A stretch of DNA of 64,000 nt from Candidatus Latescibacterota bacterium (lineage in GTDB: Bacteria; Latescibacterota; UBA2968; UBA8231). The position numbers and the translations under genes were made by a program. Of this stretch, positions 49,183 through 58,077 are shown piece after piece; the stretch's first letter is position 1, and each line of letters starts with the position of its first letter. The notes below the pieces were generated by a model. The model did no database searches and had not been told where the DNA came from. It was given only the letters and a program-made list of their open reading frames with translations. The stretch spans positions 1 through 64,000 of the forward strand of contig CBDCDC010000002.1 of assembly GCA_965215195.1 (NCBI GenBank), in the 5' to 3' direction.

Positions 49183-50367
49183 ATGCAGCAACCCCATTAC
49201 AATAAAGACCTAGACGTCCGCCAGATAGGGCCGGAGGATTTACCCCGTGCTCGCTTGGTGGCCGGACGCGCCTTTATGGAACACACCGAAGATTGGTACG
49301 GAGAGGATGAGACGACGCTGGCCGGCTTTGATCGGGCGGGGACTTTGGTGTGCGCCTTGGCCTATCAGCGCGAATCCCTGTGGTGGGGCGCGGCGCAGAT
49401 TCCGGCCGGGGCCATCGGCGCGGTGGCCACGGATCCCGAGCACAAGCGGCGCGGTCACGCTGGTGGACTCATAGTGCGGGCCATTCACCTACTGCGGGAA
49501 CGCGGTTGCTGTATCACGCCGCTGTGGCCTTTTTCCTTTAAGTGGTACGGCAAATTCGGTTGGGCTTGTCCGGCGCCGAGGTTGGAACTGCAAGTATGGC
49601 CGGATCTGGTGCGCCAAGCTACGGCCGAGGCCGGGACAGTGCGGCGGGCGACTGCGGACGATGCGACCGCCGTGCATCGGCTGTACAGCGAGGGGGCGCA
49701 ATTGCGCAATGGGCAGTCGGTGCGCTCGGAAGCGTTCTGGCAAAAAGAGGAGATGCAGCGCGAGCTTTGGGTGCTGGAGGGGGACGGTGAGAGCGTGGAC
49801 TGCTCCGCCCTAGTCATACTAGGGGATATGGGACGCGCCGAGGGCAAACGCATTACTGTGCGGGAGCTGCACGGGGCTTCTTTCGCCGCCCAATTGAAAT
49901 TCGTGCGGTCCTTGGCCGATATGGATGGGGTAGCCGCCCTGAGACTTGAGTTGCCGCCTGACAGCTTGTTGCTCCACGCTTTTCCAGAGCGCTTTGATGG
50001 TTCCGTTGAGCACGACTTGGCGCTGCGGGTCTTGGACGTGGCCCAGGCCTTAGCGCATCTCAAGCCGCCTGAAAATTTGCGGGCGACGGTTGCGTTTGAA
50101 GTGGCCGATTGGGTGGTGAATGCCGACGAGCCGCTGGCCGTAAAAGTGCAGGCCGAAGGGGGGCAGGTGCAGGTCGCGGCCAAGGCCGACAAAGACGCGC
50201 TGCGCTGCGACATTAACACCTTTACGCAATTGTTTGCCGGCGGCTTGACCGTGGCTCAAGCGCGGGCCATGGGGCGTTTGAGCGGCGGCAATCCAGCGGT
50301 GGGGACAGCCTGCGCTGCACTGCTGCACGGGCGCGTACCCTACCGCTCGGATGTCGAAGTGGGGTAG
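49183..50367 (+). CDS. Eis-like GNAT acetyltransferase with SCP2-like C-terminus
   Basis: IGAVATDPEHKRRGHA, LWPF...YGKFGW, RVLDV..AL. Confidence 0.85.
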   Translation: MQQPHYNKDLDVRQIGPEDLPRARLVAGRAFMEHTEDWYGEDETTLAGFDRAGTLVCALAYQRESLWWGAAQIPAGAIGAVATDPEHKRRGHAGGLIVRAIHLLRERGCCITPLWPFSFKWYGKFGWACPAPRLELQVWPDLVRQATAEAGTVRRATADDATAVHRLYSEGAQLRNGQSVRSEAFWQKEEMQRELWVLEGDGESVDCSALVILGDMGRAEGKRITVRELHGASFAAQLKFVRSLADMDGVAALRLELPPDSLLLHAFPERFDGSVEHDLALRVLDVAQALAHLKPPENLRATVAFEVADWVVNADEPLAVKVQAEGGQVQVAAKADKDALRCDINTFTQLFAGGLTVAQARAMGRLSGGNPAVGTACAALLHGRVPYRSDVEVG

Positions 50368-50397
50368 GGCTGGACGCATAGCGCGGGAGGAGAAATT

Positions 50398-50735
50398 ATG
50401 GCAGCGACCGTACTACACGACCCCAGCCCTCAGCCGGCCAAGGATCGAGGGCATCTTGCCCGCGGCGAGGGCGGGACGCCCTCGATCCCGCACCCAGCGG
50501 AAACCGCAGAAAAGGCGTACTCAAAGTAAGGGGCGCCTACTTTAGGGGTCGTGTACTAAGGGCAGCGACAGAGAACCACCTGCGGCAATACCGCGAAGAA
50601 GGCTATGGCCTAGTCAAAGAATTGATCCCGGCCGCTCGCCAGCGCACCATGGAAATAGCCGGGGCCATACCCGACTGGTCGGCAAGGCATTTGACGCGGC
50701 GGGCATTTTTCCCCGCATCAGACCGCTATAGCTGA
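50398..50735 (+). pseudogene. PhyH-like N-terminal fragment disrupted by MITE A
   Basis: GGAGG RBS; removing MITE and one TSD gives MAATENHLRQYREEGYGLVKELIP; right boundary approximate. Confidence 0.7.
50409..50560. mobile_element. 152-bp MITE (family A), inverted copy
   Basis: Reverse complement of 27912-28063 with about 5 mismatches; 9-bp TSD GGCAGCGAC at 50400-50408 and 50561-50569. Confidence 0.92.
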
Positions 50736-50829
50736 GTGTTCATCCTTCAATCCAACGGCCTAGCAGTTCGCTTGACAGACAGGCGTTAAGTAATAGTTTG
50801 GAACTAATAATTCCAAAAAAGAAGAAAAA

Positions 50830-51993
50830 ATGGAAATTAAGAGGCGATTTTTCGAGGCATCGGAAACCAGCTTCTTCCTTTTCGGTCCGCGCGGCACAGG
50901 TAAATCGACTTGGCTGCATGCTCATTTGCAGGACGCCTTGCTGGTGGATCTGCTCGCGCCAGAGACGTATCGGCTCTATGCGGCCCGTCCCGAACGGCTG
51001 CGCGAGCTCATCGCCGGCCATCCCGCCAAGGACACCGTCATCATCGACGAGGTGCAAAAGCTCCCCGCGTTGCTGGACGTGGTCCACCAGCTCATTGAGC
51101 AGCACCGGTCGCTCAGGTTTGTCCTCACCGGCTCCAGTGCGAGAAAACTCAAGCGCACCGGGATTGACCTACTGGCTGGCCGAGCCGTGCTCAAGACCAT
51201 GCACCCCTTTCTGGCTGCTGAATTAGGAGCTGCTTTTGACCTAGAGTGCGCCCTGCGCTTTGGGCTTGTGCCCTTGGTCGTGGATTCTGCATCTGCCGCA
51301 GAGGTGCTCGGAGCGTATGCCGCTCTTTACTTGCGAGAAGAAGTCCAGATGGAGGGCTTGGTGCGCAACGTCGGCAATTTCTCGCGCTTTTTGGAAGCCA
51401 TCAGCTTTTCGCATGGATCGGTGCTGAGTGTTTCCGCGGTCGCGAGGGAGTGCCAGGTTGAGCGGAAAACTGTCGAGGGGTACATCGACATTTTGGAGGA
51501 TCTGTTGTTGTGCTTTCGGGTGCCGGTGTTTGCCAAGCGGGCCAAAAGGCACCTGATCGCCCATCCCAAGTTCTACTTTTTCGATGCCGGCGTCTTCAGA
51601 TCGCTGCGGCCGTCCGGCCCGCTCGATCGCCCGGAAGAAATCCACGGCAGCGCCCTAGAGGGACTGGTGGCCCAGCATCTGCGGGCTTGGAACGCGTACG
51701 GCGGCGAGCACTACGCCCTGTACTTTTGGCGCACCAAGTCCGGGAGAGAAGTCGACTTTGTCCTCTATGGGCCGGAAGGGTTCTGGGCCCTAGAAGTCAA
51801 AAACACCCGCACCATCCGCCCGAGCGATCTCAGCAGCCTGCGCGCTTTCAAACAAGACTATCCCGAAGCCGAGGCGTGTTTGCTGTATAGGGGAGACGAA
51901 CGGGTCGAGATACAGGAAATACGCTGCCTGCCCTGCGGCGAATTTTTGCAAGGGCTGGTGCCGGGGCGACCGTTGCTAGCCCACACTTATTGA
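50830..51993 (+). CDS. AAA_14 + DUF4143 ATP-binding protein
   Basis: GPRGTGKST, IIDEVQK, LTGSS, PKFYFFD.G, EVDFV...EVK. Confidence 0.9.
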   Translation: MEIKRRFFEASETSFFLFGPRGTGKSTWLHAHLQDALLVDLLAPETYRLYAARPERLRELIAGHPAKDTVIIDEVQKLPALLDVVHQLIEQHRSLRFVLTGSSARKLKRTGIDLLAGRAVLKTMHPFLAAELGAAFDLECALRFGLVPLVVDSASAAEVLGAYAALYLREEVQMEGLVRNVGNFSRFLEAISFSHGSVLSVSAVARECQVERKTVEGYIDILEDLLLCFRVPVFAKRAKRHLIAHPKFYFFDAGVFRSLRPSGPLDRPEEIHGSALEGLVAQHLRAWNAYGGEHYALYFWRTKSGREVDFVLYGPEGFWALEVKNTRTIRPSDLSSLRAFKQDYPEAEACLLYRGDERVEIQEIRCLPCGEFLQGLVPGRPLLAHTY

Positions 51994-52016
51994 CCTTTCA
52001 CACAGGAGCCTGCACC

Positions 52017-52910
52017 ATGGCCGATTCTACCTACCGCATCGCCCCGCCCGGCTTTACTGACGACGAGTGGGAAGCCTTCGACCGCGAGGGGATTCTTTTC
52101 TTTGCAGACGCCCTCGACCAAGAGGCCATTGGCGAACTCACGGCCGCTGTCGATCGCGTTTGCCAATCCAGCCCCAACTACCGGGCGGGGCAAACCTTCG
52201 GCTGCGAAAATATCGTCGAGCGCGATCCCGCCTTTGCCGCGCTCATTGACCACCCCCGCCACATTGGCTACGCCTACGACCTCTTCGGCGAATTGCTCAA
52301 GCTGCATCAGAGCCAGTTTTTTATTCGTCCGCCCGGCGGTGACCGCTACAATATCTGGCACCCAGACGGTGCCCGCGCCGTGCCGTACGGCACCTTCTCG
52401 CCCGATTTGCCGTTGCAAATCAAGATCGGCTTTTGGCTGACCGACCTGCCGCAGGCAAAAATGGGCAACCTAGTGGTCCTGCCCGGCAGCCACCGCGAGC
52501 AATACGTCGATGAGTACGACAGCCACGAGCCGATCGCCGGCGAGAAGGTGATCGGCCTGCGCAAGGGCACCATGACCGTCATGCACTCGAGCATCTGGCA
52601 CCGCGTCGAGCCCAACGAGAGCGACGTGGTGCGCAAGAATATCTTCTACGCCTACTGCCCGGCTTGGGTCACCCCAGCCGACCGCCTCCAGTCCGATCCC
52701 GCTTGGCTTGAGACCCTCAATCGCGAACAGCGCATCATCATGCGCTCCTACACCCACGCTTACCACAACGCCAAACCCCCGGCCTCCGACTTCCCGCTCT
52801 TCCTCGAGCGCGAGACCGGCTTGGACCGCGACCCGGACGCCTACCGCGACGATGTTGCGCTGCACCGCCGCAAACGCCGCACTTGGGCCGAGCGCAAGCG
52901 ATCCGCTTAG
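52017..52910 (+). CDS. PhyH family dioxygenase
   Basis: FDREG, WHPD, LPGSH, IWH. Confidence 0.88.
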   Translation: MADSTYRIAPPGFTDDEWEAFDREGILFFADALDQEAIGELTAAVDRVCQSSPNYRAGQTFGCENIVERDPAFAALIDHPRHIGYAYDLFGELLKLHQSQFFIRPPGGDRYNIWHPDGARAVPYGTFSPDLPLQIKIGFWLTDLPQAKMGNLVVLPGSHREQYVDEYDSHEPIAGEKVIGLRKGTMTVMHSSIWHRVEPNESDVVRKNIFYAYCPAWVTPADRLQSDPAWLETLNREQRIIMRSYTHAYHNAKPPASDFPLFLERETGLDRDPDAYRDDVALHRRKRRTWAERKRSA

Positions 52911-53707
52911 GCTTCGGCCCGCTTCTCAAACAGCCACATCCCGATTCCCATGGACGCCAGCCCGACGAGGATAGAGTACGCGACGAACATGAAATTGACC
53001 TCGAGGGAGTCCGGATCTACTTCTACCGGCTTGGTAGGACCGTCGTAGTCGCTCCAGATCGTAACTTCGTACGCACCGAGGACCTCAGGCAAGTTGAGCA
53101 CCTCGGGCAGGGTGCTAAAGTAGAAGTACAACACGCCTAAGACGAAGGCGGTAGAAGCGAGGCCGGTAAAGCGCCGCACCACTAGTTTCAGACCGGCAGC
53201 ACCGCCGGCAATGCCCATCATTACCGCCATCGCCGATAGGTAGAACATCCCGCTGATAACTAGGATGTCCACCCAGAGGTCGCTAAACGGGGGAATGAAA
53301 TGTAGTGCCTGCGATGCTGTTTTGTTCGTCTCGAGTGCGAGTGTGTGCAATTCGCCGAGGACGGTGATGAGACCGGCGCTACTCAACGCGAACAAGACGA
53401 GGCCGAGCGTCGCCACCGCCGCCGCCTTGGCTGCGAAAACTTTCGTGCGCGATACCGGCAGGGAGAGGAGCAGATAATGGGTCTGTCCTTTCACTTCTTG
53501 GGCGAACGAGTGGCTGAGCACAAAGGGCAGGACTAGCAAGAACGCATAGGGCACCAAGCTCCACAGGAAGTGGGGGGACGGAGTATGCGCGTCGTCGAAA
53601 GACAGCACCGCAACGAGCTCTAAGAAGACCGTCAGCAACGGCAGCAAGATGAACAGGGTGCGGTTGTCTTTTATTTCCTTTATGTACAGGGTTTTCCAAG
53701 TATTCAC
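52907..53707 (-). CDS. ABC-2 type transporter permease
   Basis: KE.K N-terminus, multiple TM helices, LLSLPVSR..V..AK. Confidence 0.85.
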   Translation of the reverse strand: MNTWKTLYIKEIKDNRTLFILLPLLTVFLELVAVLSFDDAHTPSPHFLWSLVPYAFLLVLPFVLSHSFAQEVKGQTHYLLLSLPVSRTKVFAAKAAAVATLGLVLFALSSAGLITVLGELHTLALETNKTASQALHFIPPFSDLWVDILVISGMFYLSAMAVMMGIAGGAAGLKLVVRRFTGLASTAFVLGVLYFYFSTLPEVLNLPEVLGAYEVTIWSDYDGPTKPVEVDPDSLEVNFMFVAYSILVGLASMGIGMWLFEKRAEA

Positions 53708-54393
53708 GCTACCACCTCCTCGAAAATGTCGCTGAGCGACCGGCCGCGATTTTGCCTCAACTCTTCGATGTTGCCGCTGACCGCGATCTCGCCGTGGCGC
53801 AGAAACACCACCTCTTCGATCAGCTCTTCTACCTCGCTGACGAGATGGGTCGATATCAGAATCGTCTGCTCCCCGGCGCGAAACTCGCTCAGCAAGGTCT
53901 CTAGGATGCGTCGGCGCGATGGCGGGTCGATCCGTCCCAGCGGCTCGTCCATGAGCACCAACTCGCTCGGCCGCGAAAAGGCGGCTACCACCTTCAGCCG
54001 CGCCCGCTGACCATCGGACAGGGTGCCGATTTTCCGCTGGCTATCGACGTTCATCAGGCCGAGCAACTCGTGGGATTTGCCCATGTCCCACCCCGGGAAG
54101 AACGCGGCGAGAAATTCGAGCTGCTCGCCGACGCCCATCCAGTCGTAGAAAGGACTGACCTCGGGCAGGTACGAAGTGATGCGGCGCGTTTGCACGCCGA
54201 CTGGCTGGCCCGAGATACTCGCGCTGCCTTCGCTGGCGTGGGCGACGCCGGCGAGGATTTTGAAGAGCGTGCTCTTGCCGCTTCCATTTTCCCCGAGAAT
54301 GCCCATCACCTGACCCCTTGCGACGGTTAGGGAGATGCCCCCCAAGGCCGTCACACCGGGGTATCGCTTCCACAGGTTCTTTACTTCGATCAT
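53704..54393 (-). CDS. ABC transporter ATP-binding protein
   Basis: GENGSGKST, LSDGQ, LMDEP, ISTH. Confidence 0.93.
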   Translation of the reverse strand: MIEVKNLWKRYPGVTALGGISLTVARGQVMGILGENGSGKSTLFKILAGVAHASEGSASISGQPVGVQTRRITSYLPEVSPFYDWMGVGEQLEFLAAFFPGWDMGKSHELLGLMNVDSQRKIGTLSDGQRARLKVVAAFSRPSELVLMDEPLGRIDPPSRRRILETLLSEFRAGEQTILISTHLVSEVEELIEEVVFLRHGEIAVSGNIEELRQNRGRSLSDIFEEVVA

Positions 54394-54761
54394 AACGTCA
54401 CCTCCTCTAAAATTTCGCGCAGCAGGTCGTCGATTTGGTCGCGTGCGAGCGCCAAGTCGCGGATCTCGGCGACAAAGCGGTTGCGCGCAGCCCCGGCTAG
54501 GGCGCGGCGCTCGCGGTCGATGCGTTTGGTGCTCTTGGTTATCGACGATCCCTCGCCGCGTCGCGTGGTTATGAATCCTTCGCGCTCCAGTTCCATGTAG
54601 GATCTGGACATGGTATTGGGATTCACGCCCATCTCCTTGGCCATTTCCCGCACCGACGGCAAAGAGCCTCCGGCCTGATAGATCCCTTGAACGGTGCGCT
54701 TTTTCACCGCCTCAATGATCTGCAAATAGATGGGGCGGGTGGGATCAAAATCGAGCGGCAT
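54390..54761 (-). CDS. GntR family regulator (YtrA subfamily)
   Basis: PIYLQI, LPSVRE.A....VNPNT..R.Y.ELE.EG; upstream of ABC genes. Confidence 0.92.
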   Translation of the reverse strand: MPLDFDPTRPIYLQIIEAVKKRTVQGIYQAGGSLPSVREMAKEMGVNPNTMSRSYMELEREGFITTRRGEGSSITKSTKRIDRERRALAGAARNRFVAEIRDLALARDQIDDLLREILEEVTL

Positions 54762-54814
54762 CTTCTTTCTCCTTTCTAATCGTGGGGTTCACTTTTTGTT
54801 CCATTACCATAGTT

Positions 54815-54853
54815 TACTATTTGAATAGTACACTATTTATACAGATAAGTCAA
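54815..54853 (-). promoter_or_regulatory. Sigma70 promoter with YtrA-type operator
   Basis: TTGACT-17bp-TACTAT on minus strand; palindrome TACTATT-TG-AATAGTA at 54815-54830 overlapping the -10 box. Confidence 0.82.
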
Positions 54854-54911
54854 GGATTTTTTTAAGGGCGGCTTCCCGCGCTCGGAGGGGGATTTTATAG
54901 ATGGGAAAACC

Positions 54912-56489
54912 CTAGACGCGATAGGCAAACAGCTTGGCACCGAGCATGCGCACCCGAATACCGACCGCCTCGCCGGCCGCGGAGATATCGGAACGGCCTT
55001 GCCAGGTCACCACCCGGTCTTCGCAATCACCCGTCAGGCGGTCGCATTCATCAAAGCTAAACCCCGGCAGCGGGTCGGCATCCGGGAGCATCAACGACGG
55101 CAGCTTCTCCAGCAGTTCAACCTGAATCCAGCCGCCCGGCTCGCAGCGATAGTTGAGGCGCAGCTCGTCGTGGGCGCGGAACAGGGAGGGCAGGGAGAAG
55201 CTGCCCTCGGCGCTGGCGCGCACCCCGCAGAACCGGTGTGGACGCCAGCGCGCCCAGCGAATCTGCTGCGGCTGCCGCGCAGGAAAGAGCTCGGCCACCT
55301 TGTCGGCGGGGCAATCGTGAATGACCGAGAAGGCTGCGTATGGACAGGCCCAGTGCCCATCGGGCAGCTCGACGAGGCCGCTGCGCCAGAAGTGGGCCAT
55401 GCACTCGTCGCCATCTCCCTCGGCGCCCAGCGGCAGGATGGGCCGGCGCTCGGGACGGGACCAGTAGAGGCCGTCGCGGCTGAAGGCGATCTGCCCGTCG
55501 ATGGTGCTGGCGATCTGGTGGTACACCGGGATGAGCATGCCGTGCAGGTCGTCGCGGCCCGGGTAGGGAAAGTAGTTCGCGCCGTAAAAGCTGATGTCGG
55601 GCGGGTCCTCGGTATCGGGGTGATGGACCAGCTTGGGAGCGGGCCAACTGGCAAAGTCGGAGGTGCGCGAAAAGCCGATTGTGCGGATCTGCATGCCCTG
55701 TTCGAGCCGGTTGACACCAATGCCTTCGAGCAGTTCGGCCGGGTAGCCCATTAGCTGGATGTAGGCAAAGTAGGTGCCGCGGTGTTCGTCGTAGCGGGCC
55801 GATATGCCGCCGTTGACCGGCCGGTGCGCCAGCGGCTCGGCGACGGGAGCCCAGTGGAGGCCGTCGGCGGACGTCCAGGCAAACATCTGGCCCGTGATTT
55901 CGGCTCTGGGACCGGTGTAATTCTCTTGCTCCTGCTCGGCTTGGATGCGCCGGGATGGCTCGTCGCCAGACAGCTCTTCACCGCTGTCCGGATCCCACCA
56001 GTACATGCGGCCGCCCATCGCCTTGAAGTGCTCCTCGGGCGGTGCGTTGGGGTCTGCAAAGACTCCGGTAGCCCCTTTGCATGAGTTGGCGATCAGGTTG
56101 TTGTTGGACGAGCCGTTGAATTCGACCTCGTTCAGGACGGGCCGCGTCCAGCTATACGCATCGTCGCTGACCGCGTAACACTGGCCGCCCTCGCTGTCGT
56201 AGAGCAAGTGATAGCGCCCGTCCCGCTGCCAGATGTAGAGCGGCGAGACGTGGGTGCCTTCCCACTCCATTGCCGCTTGCAGGATCGGCGCGGACTTGGC
56301 GGCCTCCTCGATCTCAAAGCGGATGCCAAGCGGGGCGTCATAGAGCTCCAGCTCACCGTGCCGACTGGTGCCACGGTGTCCCGGAAAGACGTCGATCATA
56401 TCGACGAGAGGACTCCAAGCGCCTGTGTTTAGGCGAATTCGGGGCGGGCGGCGGCTGGGTGCTTTCCTTTTATTGCTGTGGTCGGTCAT
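54912..56489 (-). CDS. Hypothetical protein, probable beta-propeller (glycoside hydrolase-like)
   Basis: Asp-box-like SDDAYSW, SADGLHW, TSDFASW, SRDGLYW repeats. Confidence 0.7.
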   Translation of the reverse strand: MTDHSNKRKAPSRRPPRIRLNTGAWSPLVDMIDVFPGHRGTSRHGELELYDAPLGIRFEIEEAAKSAPILQAAMEWEGTHVSPLYIWQRDGRYHLLYDSEGGQCYAVSDDAYSWTRPVLNEVEFNGSSNNNLIANSCKGATGVFADPNAPPEEHFKAMGGRMYWWDPDSGEELSGDEPSRRIQAEQEQENYTGPRAEITGQMFAWTSADGLHWAPVAEPLAHRPVNGGISARYDEHRGTYFAYIQLMGYPAELLEGIGVNRLEQGMQIRTIGFSRTSDFASWPAPKLVHHPDTEDPPDISFYGANYFPYPGRDDLHGMLIPVYHQIASTIDGQIAFSRDGLYWSRPERRPILPLGAEGDGDECMAHFWRSGLVELPDGHWACPYAAFSVIHDCPADKVAELFPARQPQQIRWARWRPHRFCGVRASAEGSFSLPSLFRAHDELRLNYRCEPGGWIQVELLEKLPSLMLPDADPLPGFSFDECDRLTGDCEDRVVTWQGRSDISAAGEAVGIRVRMLGAKLFAYRV

Positions 56490-56570
56490 TGAGGCAGCCT
56501 CCTCGGGGGGGTGACAGTGTAGTGGACTCTAAAGACTGGATTGCTGGTTACGGCGAAACTATCTTACGAG

Positions 56571-56700
56571 CTGATGTTACGCGCCATTCAGGCGTTGGTG
56601 CTCCTTGCGCGTCTGTCCGAATGACACCCGACCGGCGGCCGCAAGCAGCAGACGCGGCATAAGAGCCTGCCCCTGCCAAGGCTGGGATGCGGAACATCAG
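56571..56700. mobile_element. 130-bp MITE (family B)
   Basis: TIR CTGATGTT(A/C)CGC; 7-bp TSD TTACGAG at 56564-56570 and 56701-56707. Confidence 0.82.
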
Positions 56701-56802
56701 TTACGAGGGAAAATATGGTTCCACTTCCATGTTCGTAAAATATATAGGTCTCAACAACACACTCGATCTTGTGCAGATACCCTACTCTGAAAGGAAAATC
56801 CC

Positions 56803-58077
56803 ATGAAAGTCACCCATATTGAACGCATTATCGTGGATGTCCCGTTCACGCCCAGACAGCAGGAGATAACCCGCCAGTCGGTTTACAACTGGTCCATCCT
56901 CGAGTTGTGTAAGGTAGAAACCGACACGGGTCACGTGGGCTGGGGAGAGACCGTCATTCACTACACCTACGGCCGGGTGACCGATGATGCGGTTGCGCGC
57001 ACAATCGGTCAAAGCCCGGCCGAACTGATGCACGACGACAGCTTGGGTGCTGGTTTGCAAATGGCGCTGTTCGACGTGGTCGGCAAGATCCTCGAAGTCC
57101 CGCTGCATCGGCTGCTGGGCACCAAAGTGCGCGACTGGACGCCGATCTCTTGGTGGTGTAGTCACTCCTCGCCAGAAAACTGGGCGGCCGAAGCGGCCGA
57201 GGCCGTGGCGCAAGGGTACACCAATCTCAAGAACAAACCGAGGCCCTGGCACGACATTGTCGCGCAGGTCAATGCCGTATCCAAGGTGGTGCCCCCCCAT
57301 TTCCATCTCGATCTCGACCCCAACGGCTCTTGGGAGAACGCGGCCAACGCCATTCCGCTCATAAAAAAGCTCGAGCGCTACGAAAACGTGGCCATGTTCG
57401 AAACGCCCATCCCGCAGGAGGACATTCTCGGCAATCGCCAGATCCGCCGGGCCGTGAACAGGCCGGTGGCCATGCACTTTGGTTCGCCGCCGTTTCTCAC
57501 GGCGGTGCGCGAAGAAGTTTGCGACGGCTTTGTGATTGGGGGCGGCAAATCATTGACCATGCGCCAGGGGCAATGTGCCGCGGAAGTTTCCATGCCGTTC
57601 TGGTTGCAGATCGTCGGCAATGGGTTGACGACCACGTGGGACGCCCATCTCGGCTCGGTGCTAACGCACGCCCGGTGGCCGGCGATCAGTTGTATCAATA
57701 TGTACAGCCACCATCTGCTGACCGATCCCGTTCAGGTGATCAACGGGCACCAGCGGGTCCCCGACGGGCCGGGCCTCGGCGTTGAGGTGGATGAAGCGGC
57801 GGTTGAGCAATACCGCGTTCCGCAGGAGACGCTCGAGGAACATGCGCGTCAGGGGCAACTCTACACCCACCCGAAACCGCGGCTGATCAGCACCATCGTT
57901 TACCCTGACGGCACCTGCATACACATGGAGTACCCCAGCGTGCCGGGAACCTATGTGGAGGGTGTGCGCACCGAAATCTGGGAGGACGATGGCTCGCAAG
58001 AATGGCAGGGCCTGTACCAGCGGGTGCAAAAGGAGAAGCAGGTGGTCAGTCGGTGGGAGGGGCCGTTCAACGATTAG
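56803..58077 (+). CDS. Mandelate racemase/muconate lactonizing enzyme family protein
   Basis: G.VGWGE, MALFD..GK, K.K, DPN, ETP, PGLGVEVDE. Confidence 0.88.
   Translation: MKVTHIERIIVDVPFTPRQQEITRQSVYNWSILELCKVETDTGHVGWGETVIHYTYGRVTDDAVARTIGQSPAELMHDDSLGAGLQMALFDVVGKILEVPLHRLLGTKVRDWTPISWWCSHSSPENWAAEAAEAVAQGYTNLKNKPRPWHDIVAQVNAVSKVVPPHFHLDLDPNGSWENAANAIPLIKKLERYENVAMFETPIPQEDILGNRQIRRAVNRPVAMHFGSPPFLTAVREEVCDGFVIGGGKSLTMRQGQCAAEVSMPFWLQIVGNGLTTTWDAHLGSVLTHARWPAISCINMYSHHLLTDPVQVINGHQRVPDGPGLGVEVDEAAVEQYRVPQETLEEHARQGQLYTHPKPRLISTIVYPDGTCIHMEYPSVPGTYVEGVRTEIWEDDGSQEWQGLYQRVQKEKQVVSRWEGPFND

Noticed and set aside
56571-56700. Possible riboswitch upstream of the enolase-family gene
   Set aside because: No recognisable riboswitch consensus; TIR plus 7-bp TSD fit a MITE better
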